A stretch of DNA of 64,000 nucleotides, taken from Candidatus Thiodiazotropha sp. (ex Monitilora ramsayi). Its GTDB lineage: Bacteria; Pseudomonadota; Gammaproteobacteria; Chromatiales; Chromatiaceae. The notes beneath the pieces are model-generated. The model was not told the origin of the DNA. It ran no database searches and saw only the letters and a list, made by a program, of their open reading frames with translations. Shown one piece after another: positions 39,138 to 51,168 of this stretch. Position 1 is the stretch's first letter; each line of letters begins with the position of its first letter. The stretch spans positions 1,569 to 65,568 of the forward strand of contig JAHXIO010000033.1 of the NCBI GenBank assembly GCA_025655595.1. Direction: 5' to 3'. Position numbers and translations under genes: made by a program.

Positions 39138-40226
39138 CTAAAGCACGGCCTTCGGGTAGGAACCGAGCACCTTGAACTGGGAAGCCTGCTGTTCCAGTTC
39201 CTCAAGCGCCTGCGATAGCGCCGGATCGCTTCGATGACCATCCACATCGACAAAGAAGACGTAGTCCCACTGCCCCCTGCGTGATGGACGCGACTCGATA
39301 CGCGTCATGCTGATGCTGTGTTTGGCGAAAGGGCTGAGCATGGCATGAAGACCTCCCGCCCGGTTCTGAGTGGAAAACATCAGGCTTGTCTTGTCATCTC
39401 CACTGGGCGCAGCATCCTTTTTTCCGATCACAAGAAAACGAGTGGTATTACCGGGCTCATCCTCAATATTGGCTGCCAGTGGGGCAAGCTGATAGATATC
39501 GGCAGCCGCCTCTCCAGCAATGGCTGCAGTACCTGTCTCTCCGGAGGCAAGCCTGGCGGCCTCGGCATTACTGCCAACCGCAATGCGTTCCGCGGCGGGC
39601 AGATGTTGATCCAGCCAGCCACGGCACTGGGCCAATGACTGGGAGTGAGAATAGATCTTCTGCACCGTATCCATCTTACTCTCTCGACTGAGCAGATGAT
39701 GATTGATGCGCAGGCTGACTTCACCACAAATACGTAGTGGGGAGTTGAGAAAAGTATCGAGGGTATGGCTGATCACACCTTCTGTCGAATTCTCCACCGG
39801 CACCACGCCATAGTGACAGGCACCCGCCTCCACTTCACGGAAGATATCGGGTATGGCCGCCATGGAATGCGTGCTGACGGCGTGGCCAAAATGTTTCAGC
39901 GCCGCCGTCTGGGTAAAGGTCCCTTCCGGTCCAAGAAACGCCACATTCAGTGGTTGTTCCAAAGCCAGACAGATCGACATAATCTCCCGAAACAGCCTGG
40001 CGACGACCTCTCCCTCCAATGGCCCTGTATTGCGTGACTTTACTTTACGCAAGACATCGGCCTCTCTTTCCGGTCGATAAAACTCAGCCTGTGGATCCTC
40101 GCCCAGCTTGATGCGCGCCACGTCTTGCGCAGCCTCGGCGCGCTCGACAATCAGCGATTGGAGCTGCTGATCGATCTGGTCGATCCGCTCACGGGTCTGC
40201 TTGAGTTTTTCATCATCGCTCATCAC
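39138..40226 (-). CDS. pheA: bifunctional chorismate mutase / prephenate dehydratase (P-protein)
   Basis: It has an N-terminal CM_2 helix (LKQTRERIDQIDQQL), a PDT domain (VAFLGPEGTFT) and a C-terminal ACT domain (TRIESRP). Confidence 0.93.
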   Translation of the reverse strand: MMSDDEKLKQTRERIDQIDQQLQSLIVERAEAAQDVARIKLGEDPQAEFYRPEREADVLRKVKSRNTGPLEGEVVARLFREIMSICLALEQPLNVAFLGPEGTFTQTAALKHFGHAVSTHSMAAIPDIFREVEAGACHYGVVPVENSTEGVISHTLDTFLNSPLRICGEVSLRINHHLLSRESKMDTVQKIYSHSQSLAQCRGWLDQHLPAAERIAVGSNAEAARLASGETGTAAIAGEAAADIYQLAPLAANIEDEPGNTTRFLVIGKKDAAPSGDDKTSLMFSTQNRAGGLHAMLSPFAKHSISMTRIESRPSRRGQWDYVFFVDVDGHRSDPALSQALEELEQQASQFKVLGSYPKAVL

Positions 40227-40249
40227 GGGTCGTTATGTCTTGAGTTGAT

Positions 40250-41428
40250 TCAGCTTTTGGCACATCCCAGGCATCGCACCGACAGTACACCCTCGATGGA
40301 AGAGAGGGTATCCACCAGCGCTTGGGATGGTTCCTTATCCACGTCCAGCAGGGTCACCGCCACATCGTCACGTGACTTGTTCAGCATGTCCAGGATGTTC
40401 AAACCCTCTTCACCCAGGTCACTGGAGATCTGTCCCACCATATTGGGCACGTTGCTGTTGACGACGGCGATGCGGTGCCCCCCATTACGCGGCAAGTTGA
40501 TCATGGGGAAGTTGACTGAGTTGGTGATATTGCCGTTCTCCAGATAATCCCTCACCTGTTCAGCCACCATGATTGCACAGTTGTCTTCCGCCTCCTTGGT
40601 GGAAGCACCGAGATGCGGCAACGTGATGACACGAGGATGATCCTTCAGGAGGTTACTGGGGAAGTCACAGACATAGGCATAGAGATGACCGCTATCGAGC
40701 GCCTCCACGACTGCCTCGTCATCGATAATTCCATTGCGGGCGAAATTCAGCAGTACCGACCCCGGCTTCATCAGTTTGAGCCTTTCGGCATTGATGGTGT
40801 TTGCCGTGGCGTCAGTCAAGGGCACATGGAAGGTGACAAAATCCGATTTCGAAAGCAGATCGTCCACACTCAACGCCTGCTCTACCTCCGATGCCAGCTT
40901 CCAGGCACTCTGTACTGTGATGGTGGGATCGTAACCGGTTACCTTCATGCCCAGGGCACGACAGGCATTGGCGACCTTGACGCCGATTGCGCCAAGCCCG
41001 ATCACTCCCATGGTCCGCCCTGGCAGTTCGAAACCGACAAAATTCTTTTTGCCTGCCTCCACCTGCTTGGTGATTTCCGCATCCTCTCCTGAGAGTCCGG
41101 CGGCAAAGCGCCAAGCCTGCCCGAGATTCCTTGCAGCAATCAGTGCGCCGGCGAGAACCAACTCCTTGACGGCGTTGGCATTGGCACCCGGTGCATTGAA
41201 AACGGGAATACCCTTGGCCGTCATTTCCGCTACGGGAATGTTATTGACACCGGCACCGGCACGTCCGATAGCCTGAACTGTCTCCGGCACTTCCATATCG
41301 TGCATCTTGTAGGAGCGCAGGAGTATTGCATCAGGATGGGCAACTTCGGATGCCACTTCGTAACTGTCCCGCGGCAGGTGGTCTAATCCAGCTACCGAGA
41401 TATTATTGAGCGTCAGAATTTTGAACAT
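40250..41428 (-). CDS. serA: D-3-phosphoglycerate dehydrogenase (~390-aa type with C-terminal ACT domain)
   Basis: A 2-hydroxyacid dehydrogenase fold (GVIGLGAIG; HVPLT; HLGAST) with an ACT-like tail. Confidence 0.9.
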   Translation of the reverse strand: MFKILTLNNISVAGLDHLPRDSYEVASEVAHPDAILLRSYKMHDMEVPETVQAIGRAGAGVNNIPVAEMTAKGIPVFNAPGANANAVKELVLAGALIAARNLGQAWRFAAGLSGEDAEITKQVEAGKKNFVGFELPGRTMGVIGLGAIGVKVANACRALGMKVTGYDPTITVQSAWKLASEVEQALSVDDLLSKSDFVTFHVPLTDATANTINAERLKLMKPGSVLLNFARNGIIDDEAVVEALDSGHLYAYVCDFPSNLLKDHPRVITLPHLGASTKEAEDNCAIMVAEQVRDYLENGNITNSVNFPMINLPRNGGHRIAVVNSNVPNMVGQISSDLGEEGLNILDMLNKSRDDVAVTLLDVDKEPSQALVDTLSSIEGVLSVRCLGCAKS

Positions 41429-41508
41429 ACTATTTCTCTGTCTACTTCAATTGTGCGCAACACGGCTTTCAGCAGAATACCTTCCGTCAGATGGCCGTGC
41501 GCTTGTCG

Positions 41509-42591
41509 TCAACCGTTGACGCGTTCGAATTCCCGCATAAAGTCGATCAGGGCTTTCACCCCCGCTTCCGGCATCGCGTTATAGATACTGGCGCGCATAC
41601 CTCCCACCGATCGGTGACCTTTCAAAGTCTTGAGTCCAATCGCAGATGCCTCTTCCAGAAACTTGGCATCTAGAGCCGGATCGGCCAGCGTGAATGGTAC
41701 ATTCATCCATGAGCGGCTTTCGACTGCGACAGGGTTGGCATAAAAGCCGGAAGCGTCAATCGCATCATAAAGCGCCTGCGCCTTGCGCTGATTGATTTCA
41801 GCCATGGCATCGAGCCCACCCATATCCAGCAACCATTTGAATACCAGGCCGGCGAGATACCAACCGTAGGTCGGCGGGGTGTTGTACATGGAGCCGTTGT
41901 CGCTGTGTGTGGCGTATTGAAACATCACCGGCGTTCCGTCGACCGCGTTGCCGATAAGATCCTCGCGCACAATCGCCAACGTGAGACCTGCCGGTCCAAT
42001 ATTCTTTTGTGCACCGGCGTAGATGATGCCGTAACGGGACACATCGATCGGCTTGGAGAGAATCGTGGAAGAGAAATCTGCGATCAGTGGCGCAGCTCCC
42101 GTTTCAGGCACATAGGGAAACTCCACTCCCTGGATGGTCTCATTGGGAGTGTAGTGGACATAGGCCGCACCATCGCTGAGATCCAGCTCTGACTGAACTG
42201 GTGTGGCAGTAAATTTACCCTCTTCGGTTGAGGCGGCAATATTGACATCGGCGAATCGCTTCGCCTCCGCAATGGCCTTTTTCGACCAGGAGCCGGTATT
42301 GAGGTAGTCCACCCGTTTGTTGTCGCGAGTCAGATTCATCGGCACCATGGCGAACTGGCTCGAGGCGCCACCCTGCATGAACAGTACCTTGTAGTTGTCC
42401 GGCACAGCCAACAGTTGCCTCAGATCCGCTTCGGCCTGCTCGGCAATCGACATGAACTCCTTACCGCGGTGGCTCATCTCCATCACCGACATGCCGGCGC
42501 CCCGCCAATCCAGCATCTCCGCCTCTGCCTGCTGCAGTACGGCTTCGGGCAACATGGCCGGTCCGGCGCTGAAATTAAAGACTCGTGACAT
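41509..42591 (-). CDS. serC: phosphoserine aminotransferase
   Basis: [28 protein letters not shown] with the PLP lysine, 360 aa. Confidence 0.95.
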   Translation of the reverse strand: MSRVFNFSAGPAMLPEAVLQQAEAEMLDWRGAGMSVMEMSHRGKEFMSIAEQAEADLRQLLAVPDNYKVLFMQGGASSQFAMVPMNLTRDNKRVDYLNTGSWSKKAIAEAKRFADVNIAASTEEGKFTATPVQSELDLSDGAAYVHYTPNETIQGVEFPYVPETGAAPLIADFSSTILSKPIDVSRYGIIYAGAQKNIGPAGLTLAIVREDLIGNAVDGTPVMFQYATHSDNGSMYNTPPTYGWYLAGLVFKWLLDMGGLDAMAEINQRKAQALYDAIDASGFYANPVAVESRSWMNVPFTLADPALDAKFLEEASAIGLKTLKGHRSVGGMRASIYNAMPEAGVKALIDFMREFERVNG

Positions 42592-42664
42592 CTTTTCCTC
42601 GCAATTTACTGATTCAAAAAATATTTTTTACCCATGCTTCAAGGTTTAGGGCGAACCTGCCTCT

Positions 42665-45241
42665 CTATTCGTCCGGTGCCTCGTCACCACCCTCGGCGGG
42701 TTCAGACTCATCGTCTTCCAGGCTCTCCACACGCTCGATACCGATCAGTTTTTCCTGCTTACTCAGGCGGATCATGATGACGCCTTGGGTGTTTCGACCC
42801 ATGCTGGAGACATCGGCAACCCGGTTTCTAACCAGCGTGCCGCCGTCTGTGATCATCATGACCTCATCTTCATCGACCACTTGCACTGCGCCAACCACAG
42901 TACCGTTACGCTCAGAGGCCTGTATCGAGATCACACCCTGACCACCGCGTCCATGCACCGGATACTCACTGATCTCGGTCCGCTTACCGTAGCCATTCTC
43001 GGTCACCGTCAACACATCCCCTTCGGAGGCGACGATGAGCGAGACCACCTGCTGATCCTCATCCAACCGGATGCCGCGGACACCGCAAGCGGTACGGCCC
43101 ATGGCGCGCACTTTCGATTCCGAAAAGCGCACCGCCTTGCCTGCACTGCTAAAGAGCAGAATGTCCTGCTGACCATCGGTAATCGCCACTCCTACAAGTT
43201 TGTCCCCATCACGCAGATCAACAGCAATAATGCCGCTTGTGCGAGGACGGGAGAAGGCCTCCAATGGTGTCTTCTTCACCGTACCTGAACTGGTCGCCAT
43301 GAAGATATAGCGGTCAGCCTCGTAATCACGTACGGGTAGAATCGCATTGATCTGCTCCTCGCCATCCAGCGGCAGCAGATTGACGATGGGTTTGCCGCGG
43401 GCGTTGCGGCCAGCCTGCGGCAGTTCGTAGACTTTCAGCCAATAGACCTTGCCCTGGTTCGAAAAGCAGAGAATGGTATCGTGAGTACTGGCAACGAAAA
43501 GCTTATCGACAAAATCCTCATCCTTGGTGGCCGTGGCGACCTTGCCCTTGCCACCGCGTCTTTGTGCCTGATAGGTGCTGATGGGCTGCGCTTTGGCGTA
43601 GCCGGCATGAGAGAGCGTCACCACCACGTCCTCTTCGGTGATCAGATCCTCCAGCGTCAGGTCGAGACGATTCTGTATGATCTCTGTACGGCGCTCATCG
43701 CCGTACTGTTCACGGATCTCCACCAACTCATCACGGATCACCTGCATCAGACGATCCGGGCTACCCAAAATATCAAGTAAATCTTTAATTTTATCAAGTA
43801 ACTCCTCATATTCCTTGATAATTTTATCTTGTTCCAGCCCTGTCAAACGGTGCAGACGCAGATCCAGAATCGCCTGTGCCTGGACCTCGGTCAGACGATA
43901 GCCGTCCGCCGTCAGACCGTATTCCTCAGTCAGCTCCTCCGGTCGGGTGCTGGCGGCACCGGTCCGCTCCAGCATCGCCTCGACCACGCCGGATTGCCAG
44001 ACTCTTTCCAGGAGGCCTTTCTTCGCCTCCGCAGGACTGGCGGCCTGCTTGATCAGCTGAATAACCTCGTCGATATTCGCCAACGCGACAGCCAAACCTT
44101 CCAACACATGGGCGCGATCCCGAGCCTTGCGTAGCTCGTACAGGGTACGGCGGGTCACTACCTCACGTCGGTGGCGGATAAAGAACTCCAGCAACTGCTT
44201 GAGATTGAGCAGTCGTGGTCTGCCGTCAACCAGCGCCACCATATTGATGCCGAAGACACTCTGCATCGCGGTCTGCTGGAAAAGATTATTCAGCACCACT
44301 TCCGCCACTTCACCCCGACGCAACTCGATGACGATACGCATGCCGTCCTTGTCGGATTCGTCCCGCAGTTCGGTGATGCCCTCTATCCGCTTCTCCTTGA
44401 CCAATTCGGCGATCTTCTCGATCAGCCGGGCCTTGTTGACCTGATAGGGCAGCTCGTTGACGACAATAGTCTGTTTCCCGTTGGCAGGATCGGTCTCGAT
44501 TTCCGTCCTGGCACGCATGTAGATCCTGCCACGCCCGGTTCGATAGGCTTCATCGATACCGGCGGCGCCATTGATCAGACCGGCAGTGGGAAAATCGGGA
44601 CCGGGCAGATGCTGCATCAATTCGCTGATCGAGGACTCGGGTACATCGATCAGTGTCACACAGGCGTTGATCACCTCTGTCAGATTGTGCGGCGGCACAT
44701 TCGTCGCCATACCGACAGCGATACCCGCTGAGCCGTTGATCAGCAGATTGGGAATGCGCGCAGGCAGGACAGCAGGTTCGTTCTCCGTATCGTCGTAGTT
44801 GGGGACGAAATCAACCGTCTGTTTATCCAGGTCGTCCAGCATGGTCTGGGCGATCTTGGCCATGCGTACTTCGGTATATCGCATGGCGGCTGGCGAATCC
44901 CCGTCCACTGAACCGAAATTGCCTTGGCCGTCGACCAGCATATAGCGCATGGAGAAGGGCTGGGCCATTCTCACAATGGTGTCATAGACCGCAGTATCTC
45001 CGTGCGGATGATACTTACCGATCACGTCACCGACGATACGCGCCGATTTTTTGTATGGCTTGTTCCAGTCGTTGCCCAGCTCGCTCATGGCGAAAAGCAC
45101 TCGCCGATGAACCGGCTTGAGACCGTCGCGTACGTCCGGCAGGGCGCGCCCCACGATTACGCTCATAGCGTAGTCGAGATAGGATTGGCGCATCTCGTCT
45201 TCCAGGTTGACAGGAAGGACTTCTTTAGCGAATTCGCTCAT
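42665..45241 (-). CDS. gyrA: DNA gyrase subunit A
   Basis: [28 protein letters not shown], the QRDR segment [10 protein letters not shown], the active-site AAMRYTE, C-terminal beta-pinwheel repeats and an acidic tail. Confidence 0.97.
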   Translation of the reverse strand: MSEFAKEVLPVNLEDEMRQSYLDYAMSVIVGRALPDVRDGLKPVHRRVLFAMSELGNDWNKPYKKSARIVGDVIGKYHPHGDTAVYDTIVRMAQPFSMRYMLVDGQGNFGSVDGDSPAAMRYTEVRMAKIAQTMLDDLDKQTVDFVPNYDDTENEPAVLPARIPNLLINGSAGIAVGMATNVPPHNLTEVINACVTLIDVPESSISELMQHLPGPDFPTAGLINGAAGIDEAYRTGRGRIYMRARTEIETDPANGKQTIVVNELPYQVNKARLIEKIAELVKEKRIEGITELRDESDKDGMRIVIELRRGEVAEVVLNNLFQQTAMQSVFGINMVALVDGRPRLLNLKQLLEFFIRHRREVVTRRTLYELRKARDRAHVLEGLAVALANIDEVIQLIKQAASPAEAKKGLLERVWQSGVVEAMLERTGAASTRPEELTEEYGLTADGYRLTEVQAQAILDLRLHRLTGLEQDKIIKEYEELLDKIKDLLDILGSPDRLMQVIRDELVEIREQYGDERRTEIIQNRLDLTLEDLITEEDVVVTLSHAGYAKAQPISTYQAQRRGGKGKVATATKDEDFVDKLFVASTHDTILCFSNQGKVYWLKVYELPQAGRNARGKPIVNLLPLDGEEQINAILPVRDYEADRYIFMATSSGTVKKTPLEAFSRPRTSGIIAVDLRDGDKLVGVAITDGQQDILLFSSAGKAVRFSESKVRAMGRTACGVRGIRLDEDQQVVSLIVASEGDVLTVTENGYGKRTEISEYPVHGRGGQGVISIQASERNGTVVGAVQVVDEDEVMMITDGGTLVRNRVADVSSMGRNTQGVIMIRLSKQEKLIGIERVESLEDDESEPAEGGDEAPDE

Positions 45242-45371
45242 ATTCGTTGTTATCTTCAGCTATCGCCCCAGACAAATCTGTGGGGCGTCAGAAAAAAGAG
45301 GAGTTTACCATAAGCCCCGCCCACTGTGCTGTATAAAAAACGCCTGAAATCTGCTTTCAGAGCGTCTCAGA

Positions 45372-46436
45372 TCAATCGGCCATCAGATTTCGCATCTTTT
45401 TCTCATTTGGCGAGAGCACAACACCCTTCTCCGTGACGATGGCGTCAACCAGGGCTGCAGGGGTCACATCGAAGACCGGATTCCACGCCGTCGCACCGTC
45501 GGCTGCCACCCGCTTTCCGCCGCATGAGAGCAACTCATCACTCTCTCTCACCTCGATCGGAATATCTGCGCCGGATGGAATACTCATGTCGATAGTAGAG
45601 GTCGGCGCCGCCACCATGACCCGGACACCGTGGTGTTTCGCCGCGACAGCCAGGCCATAGGTACCGATCTTGTTCGCCACATCGCCATTGGCCGCGATTC
45701 TGTCTGAACCGACGATGATCCACCCGATCCCGCCCTGAGACATCAGACTGGCCGCGGCACCGTCCACCAACAGGCTCACAGGTATCCGGTCGTGCAGGAG
45801 TTCCCAGGCAGTCAGCCGTGCGCCCTGCATCCAGGGTCGGGTCTCGTCTGCATAGACCCGTTCGATCAGGCGCTTCTCACACGCGGCACGAATCACCCCC
45901 AGCGCCGTACCATATCCTCCTGTGGCCAGTGCTCCGGCATTGCAATGGGTAATCACACCGGTCGGCTCATCAATCAACGCGGCACCCAACTCGCCCATAC
46001 GCTTATTGGCTTCGATATCCTCCCGATGAATCTCACCGGCTTCAACCAGTAGGGCTTCAGTCGGATCCGCAGGATCCGGCAGCTCAGTAATCAGTTGCCG
46101 CATACGATCCAGCGCCCAGAAAAGATTGACCGCTGTCGGACGGGAGTTTCGCAGGCGCTCGAGGTCAGGCTGAACAGCCTGTTTCCACTTGGCTCCTGAT
46201 CGCTGATAGGCCGCTCTTGCGGCAAGCACCACCCCGTAAGCAGCCGTGATTCCGATTGCCGGCGCACCTCGGACCACCATGTTTTTTATGGCATCAGCAA
46301 CTGCTCCAGCGGACTCCAACGCCAAATAGTCTTCCTTATCGGGCAAGTAACGCTGGTCCAGCAGAAAAAAATGTCCATCCCGCCAGACGATTGCCTGATC
46401 AGGCGCCGGATCAGGAAGAGTGATTGTCACATCCAT
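45372..46436 (-). CDS. mtnA: S-methyl-5-thioribose-1-phosphate isomerase
   Basis: eIF-2B alpha/beta/delta-like family: [32 protein letters not shown]. The internal ATG at 46436 (MDVTITLP) was chosen. Confidence 0.9.
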   Translation of the reverse strand: MDVTITLPDPAPDQAIVWRDGHFFLLDQRYLPDKEDYLALESAGAVADAIKNMVVRGAPAIGITAAYGVVLAARAAYQRSGAKWKQAVQPDLERLRNSRPTAVNLFWALDRMRQLITELPDPADPTEALLVEAGEIHREDIEANKRMGELGAALIDEPTGVITHCNAGALATGGYGTALGVIRAACEKRLIERVYADETRPWMQGARLTAWELLHDRIPVSLLVDGAAASLMSQGGIGWIIVGSDRIAANGDVANKIGTYGLAVAAKHHGVRVMVAAPTSTIDMSIPSGADIPIEVRESDELLSCGGKRVAADGATAWNPVFDVTPAALVDAIVTEKGVVLSPNEKKMRNLMAD

Positions 46437-46656
46437 CTTGAGTATCCCGTGTATTGTGCAGTTGAGTGTTTTCTGGAGCCAAATGCCTGGGGTATGGATC
46501 ATCTACAGGCTGAGGCCTTCAAAAGGGTCCAATGTAAGCAGATTTAAAGAATAGTTTCAGCTGATCCTTGCACTACTTCATGCTGTCTGCGTTATAGTTC
46601 CGACTCATTCTGAGGGAATGCTTCCCAAGAATCCTGAAAATCAATATAGGCGAGAC

Positions 46657-47976
46657 ATGACGGAAACGGTCGATCAACTGCTCCATGCCCGCTGGATTAT
46701 TCCGGTGGTACCGGAAAACCAGGCGCTTGAACACCACACTCTGGCAATCAAGGATGGGAGAATACATGCCATTCTACCTACGCCTGAAGCTAACCGGACC
46801 TTTCAGGCAGAGCAGGAGAAGGAACTCCCCGGGCACGCCTTAATGCCTGGATTGATCAATACCCACACCCATGCTGCCATGTCGTTGCTCCGGGGACTGG
46901 CAGATGACCTCCCACTGATGAGCTGGTTAAACGACCATATCTGGCCGGCAGAGGGAAAATGGGTCAGTGAAGAGTTCATACAGGACGGCAGCCAGTTGGC
47001 CATCGCAGAGATGCTGCTCGGGGGCACCACCTGTTTCAACGATATGTACTTTTTTCCGGATGTGACGGGGCGCGTTGCGGATGCAGCCGGCATCCGCGCC
47101 GTAGTGGGACTGATCGCGCTCGACTTCCCTACGGTCTGGGCCGCAGACGGAGAGGAGTACCTGCATAAGGGACTGCAGGTACACGATCAGTTTCGCAACA
47201 ACCCGCTGGTCCACACTGCCTTTGCGCCCCACGCTCCCTATTCGGTTGCCGATCCCGTATTGGAGCGTGTTCGTATCCTCTCAGATGAACTTGAAATCCC
47301 GGTACATATCCATCTGCATGAAACCAATGATGAGATTATTCAGGGTCTGCAACATCACGACTGTCGGCCGATGGAGAGGCTACAGAGATTGGGGCTGCTC
47401 TCACCATCTCTCATGGCCGTCCACATGACACATCTGGCAGAGGGCGAGATCGATACCTTCGCCGCATCAGGTGGCCATGTGGTCCACTGCCCGGAATCGA
47501 ACCTCAAACTTGCCAGTGGATTCTGCCCGGTCAACCGGCTGCTGAATGCCGGTATTAATGTGGCCCTTGGTACTGATGGCGCGGCCAGTAATAACGACCT
47601 GGACATGTTCAGTGAGATGCATACTGCTGCCCTTCTGGCCAAGGGCGTAGCGGAAGATGCCAGCGCACTGCCGGCGGCGAAAGCCCTCTCCATGGCCACG
47701 ATTAACGGCGCCAGAGCCCTGGGGCTGGAAGCGGAGACGGGATCTCTGGAGCTTGGAAAATCCGCTGACCTCATCGCGGTCGATTTAAACCGGCTGCAGA
47801 CACAACCCATCTACCACCCCATCTCACATCTTGTCTACGCCACTGGCAAAGAACAGGTTCGGGAGGTCTGGGTGGCCGGTCGGCATCTGGTAAGCGAAGG
47901 CATCCTGATGACGCTGGATCAGACCCGCTTGCTGGAGCGTGCCACCTACTGGCGTGAACGAATCGCTGAAAGCTGA
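46657..47976 (+). CDS. mtaD: 5-methylthioadenosine/S-adenosylhomocysteine deaminase (TRZ/ATZ amidohydrolase)
   Basis: Amidohydrolase metal ligands (INTHTHAAM; HLHE; TDGAASNN). It is divergent from mtnA and followed by ubiG, as in Pseudomonas-type synteny. Confidence 0.85.
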   Translation: MTETVDQLLHARWIIPVVPENQALEHHTLAIKDGRIHAILPTPEANRTFQAEQEKELPGHALMPGLINTHTHAAMSLLRGLADDLPLMSWLNDHIWPAEGKWVSEEFIQDGSQLAIAEMLLGGTTCFNDMYFFPDVTGRVADAAGIRAVVGLIALDFPTVWAADGEEYLHKGLQVHDQFRNNPLVHTAFAPHAPYSVADPVLERVRILSDELEIPVHIHLHETNDEIIQGLQHHDCRPMERLQRLGLLSPSLMAVHMTHLAEGEIDTFAASGGHVVHCPESNLKLASGFCPVNRLLNAGINVALGTDGAASNNDLDMFSEMHTAALLAKGVAEDASALPAAKALSMATINGARALGLEAETGSLELGKSADLIAVDLNRLQTQPIYHPISHLVYATGKEQVREVWVAGRHLVSEGILMTLDQTRLLERATYWRERIAES

Positions 47977-48033
47977 GTCCAGAGTAGTGTAATCTACAGT
48001 CCCTATGATATCCCCCTTCAGACAGGCTGCAGT

Positions 48034-48750
48034 ATGAGTCAGGAACAGATCAACGTCGATCATGCGGAAGTAAGCAAATTCGAGGAGCTGGCCGCGCGCT
48101 GGTGGGATCCCCACAGTGAGTTCAAGCCACTGCATGAGATCAATCCCCTGCGGCTGGGCTATATCGATCGCATAGCACCCTTGGCTGGGAAAAAAGTACT
48201 GGATGTCGGCTGTGGCGGCGGCATCCTCTCTGAAAGCATGGCTGCGAAAGGGGCCCAGGTTACCGGCCTCGATATGGGGGAAGCGCCTCTGCAGGTGGCT
48301 CGTCTGCACCTGCTGGAATCAGGCCTTGAGGTTGACTACAAACGCTTGCCGGTGGAACAACTGGCCGCAGAGCAGCCGGGGTCATTCGATGTGGTAACCT
48401 GCATGGAGATGCTTGAGCATGTACCCGATCCCGCATCGGTGGTACGCGCATGCAGCCAACTGGTGAAGCCTGGCGGACACGTCTTCTTCTCTACCATCAA
48501 TCGAAATCCGAAGGCCTATCTCTTCGCCATCGTCGGTGCAGAATATCTGTTGAGGCTCCTACCTAAGGGGACGCATGATTACGCAAAATTCATCCGGCCT
48601 TCGGAACTTGCCGGCTGGATACGGACCGCCGGTCTGGTCAGTCGCGACATGGCAGGTCTTAGCTACAATCCGTTGTCACAGGAATACAAGCTGACCGGCG
48701 ATGTGGATGTGAATTACATGATCGCATCAGAAAAACAGACCCAGCGATGA
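48034..48750 (+). CDS. ubiG: bifunctional 3-demethylubiquinone / 2-polyprenyl-6-hydroxyphenol O-methyltransferase
   Basis: [10 protein letters not shown], the SAM motif [21 protein letters not shown], 238 aa. Confidence 0.93.
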   Translation: MSQEQINVDHAEVSKFEELAARWWDPHSEFKPLHEINPLRLGYIDRIAPLAGKKVLDVGCGGGILSESMAAKGAQVTGLDMGEAPLQVARLHLLESGLEVDYKRLPVEQLAAEQPGSFDVVTCMEMLEHVPDPASVVRACSQLVKPGGHVFFSTINRNPKAYLFAIVGAEYLLRLLPKGTHDYAKFIRPSELAGWIRTAGLVSRDMAGLSYNPLSQEYKLTGDVDVNYMIASEKQTQR

Positions 48751-49394
48751 CACACTGTGTTCTGTTCGATCTCGACGGCACTTTTGCCGATACCGCGCTC
48801 GACCTTCATGTGGCGCTCAATCGCCTGCTCAGCCGAGAAGGGAAACCGCTCATCGATTTTGCTGCGTTCAGGCCCAGCGTGTCTCACGGCAGCAGGGCCA
48901 TGTTGAAAGTGGGTTTCGGCATCGAACACGATGACCCGAAATTCCCTCCATTGCAGCAGCAGTTTCTCACCCTATACCAGCAGAATATCGCCGATCACAC
49001 CCGGCTCTTCAGCGGCATGGATACGTTGATTGCCGAGTTGGAAAAGAGAACCATTGCCTGGGGCATTGTCACCAACAAACCGGGTTATTTGACAGATCCG
49101 CTGATGCAACGACTGGGGCTGGACCACCGGGCCTGCGCCATTGTCAGTGGAGATACGACAGACTATGCCAAACCCCACCCCGAACCTATTCTTCACGCCT
49201 GCCGCCTGGCAAACACCGACCCCGCCCACACGATCTATGTGGGAGATGCGAAAAGGGATATTGAGGCGGGCAGAAATGCCGGCACCCGTACACTGATCGC
49301 ACGATTTGGCTACCTCTCTGATCAGGACAACCCAGCCGAATGGTTGGCGGATGGGGAGATTGACTACCCGCTCGATCTGCTTGACTGGCTGTAG
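48747..49394 (+). CDS. HAD-IA phosphatase (phosphoglycolate phosphatase / MupP-like)
   Basis: [13 protein letters not shown] and [12 protein letters not shown] motifs. Its position between ubiG and yciK matches the Pseudomonas ubiG-mupP-SDR arrangement. Confidence 0.85.
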   Translation: MTHCVLFDLDGTFADTALDLHVALNRLLSREGKPLIDFAAFRPSVSHGSRAMLKVGFGIEHDDPKFPPLQQQFLTLYQQNIADHTRLFSGMDTLIAELEKRTIAWGIVTNKPGYLTDPLMQRLGLDHRACAIVSGDTTDYAKPHPEPILHACRLANTDPAHTIYVGDAKRDIEAGRNAGTRTLIARFGYLSDQDNPAEWLADGEIDYPLDLLDWL

Positions 49395-49467
49395 AGACTT
49401 GTCAATTCCCCCCTATACCAAGCCCGCTATAATGCGCCGCTCAATCAGACCATAGGTACAAAGAAAC

Positions 49468-50211
49468 ATGCAGGAATACCAACCTCAAAGTGGGCTTTTA
49501 AAAGACCGCAATATCCTGGTGACGGGTGCCGGTAGCGGTATCGGGCAGGCCGTCGCCAAAGCTTTTGCGCAATACGGTGCAACGGTTGTCCTGCTGGGCC
49601 GTACAGGTCGAAAACTGGAGGAGACTTATGATGCGATCGAAACGCAGGATGGCCCCATGCCCGCCTTGATCCCATTCGATCTGGAGAAGGCCCCCGCTTC
49701 CGACTATTACGCCCTGGGGGAAACCCTGCTGAGTGAATTCGGCGTCCTCCATGGACTGGTCCACTGTGCCGCACAGCTCTCTCTGTTGAGCCGAATCGAT
49801 GATTATGACGTGGAGACCTGGAACAAGGTGATACAGGTCAACTTGACAGCACCCTTTATTCTTACTCAGGCATGTCTACCGCTACTGCGTAAGGCGGACG
49901 ATGCCTCAGTTATCTTCACTTCGGACAGGATCGGACGAAAAGGCAAGGCCTACTGGGGAGCATATGCAGTATCGAAATCAGGCATAGAGGGCCTGATGGA
50001 GACACTGGCCGATGAGCTGGAAGAGAGTCAGATACGAGTCAACAGCATCGCCCCTGGTCCCACGCGGACAGCGATGCGTGCCTGGGCATTTCCCGGCGAG
50101 GACCCGGCATCACTACCCGTGCCGGACTCCCGCATTAAGAAATACCTCTATCTGGCAGGGCCTGACAGCAGTGCCATCACCGGCTGCCGATTTGACTGCG
50201 ATGCCGAATAG
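49468..50211 (+). CDS. yciK: YciK-family SDR oxidoreductase
   Basis: LVTGAGSGIG, YAVSKSG, and synteny after ubiG and the HAD gene. Confidence 0.85.
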   Translation: MQEYQPQSGLLKDRNILVTGAGSGIGQAVAKAFAQYGATVVLLGRTGRKLEETYDAIETQDGPMPALIPFDLEKAPASDYYALGETLLSEFGVLHGLVHCAAQLSLLSRIDDYDVETWNKVIQVNLTAPFILTQACLPLLRKADDASVIFTSDRIGRKGKAYWGAYAVSKSGIEGLMETLADELEESQIRVNSIAPGPTRTAMRAWAFPGEDPASLPVPDSRIKKYLYLAGPDSSAITGCRFDCDAE

Positions 50212-50784
50212 GACAGTCCCCCACGTCAGTAGTATTTTGAGTGGTTCTCGTCGAATTCGCTGATCAACAGTTCTCTAGTGAGTATGGCTCCATAAGTCTC
50301 TGTGAATGATGCTGACTTATGGGCGGCAGGCATCACGCAATCCTCTTTAGAAACAGTAGGTTGCATTTTTCCACCCTGCTTGTGTTCCGTCTGTGCAGAT
50401 CTTTGCTTCATGACAATTTCCCCGTCGGTCCTTCGTTTTTTTATAGTAATAGTAAACGCGCTTAAACTCTCTTAAGCTACCCTTAAGTTTAACCGATTTT
50501 TAGATTTTTTCGATCAGGATTGACTGACCTCTGTGTAGGAAAATTCTGACACCATATCGAGGTACTACGCTGTATTCTTACAGAAAATCGCTACAGAATG
50601 CCCCCAGCCATCTGCTATTGTGACGAAAGTTAAAAGATTCCTGTGACCGCCCCTTGCGAAATAATTGACGCGTTCGTTTAGAATGCACCCCATGGATATG
50701 GGCACTCAGCACTGCTCACCCATAGCAAAGTCGACAATTCGAACAATCCGCACCTAAGGCGGAAACCGTAAAGAGAGGATCAAC

Positions 50785-51168
50785 ATGCCTATTTTCCAGA
50801 GACTAATCGCGATCGCACTCTCCATTTCACTCTTCATACTCCCCATCGGTACGGCACACAGCGCCATGATCGGCAATACACAACTGATCGACCAGGCTCA
50901 GGGCATCGAACGCTCTGCACTGCTCGATGCACTTGAACAAGAGCAGGTCCGTCAATACCTCACGGATCTGGGCATAGACTCGAAACAACTGGAAGCTCGC
51001 CTGGCGCAAATGACAACGCATGAGATTGAAACTCTCTCCCAAAAAATGGGTGAGCTCCCAGCAGGCGGCGATGCCCTGGGTCTGATTGTGTTTCTCTTCG
51101 TCGTGTTTATCATCACCGATGCCGTCGGCGCCACAGATATCTTTCCATTCGTACATCCCGTGAAATGA
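50785..51168 (+). CDS. PA2779-family small secreted/membrane-anchored protein
   Basis: It has a signal peptide, a helical middle (VRQYLTDLGID...LEARLAQMT.HEIE.L) and a C-terminal TM (LGLIVFLFVVFIITD). It overlaps the downstream PA2778-type peptidase gene by 4 nt. Confidence 0.65.
   Translation: MPIFQRLIAIALSISLFILPIGTAHSAMIGNTQLIDQAQGIERSALLDALEQEQVRQYLTDLGIDSKQLEARLAQMTTHEIETLSQKMGELPAGGDALGLIVFLFVVFIITDAVGATDIFPFVHPVK

Noticed and set aside
46437-46656. A SAM/SAH riboswitch in the divergent mtnA/mtaD intergenic region.
   Set aside because: I could not see any conserved riboswitch core sequence or extended helices by eye. A covariance-model scan would settle it.
50226-50411. A 61-aa minus-strand ORF in the 573-bp gap after yciK.
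   Set aside because: No recognisable features, a weak SD and composition like the surrounding non-coding DNA. The gap (50212-50784) otherwise showed only short 5-6-bp inverted repeats and no convincing RNA gene.
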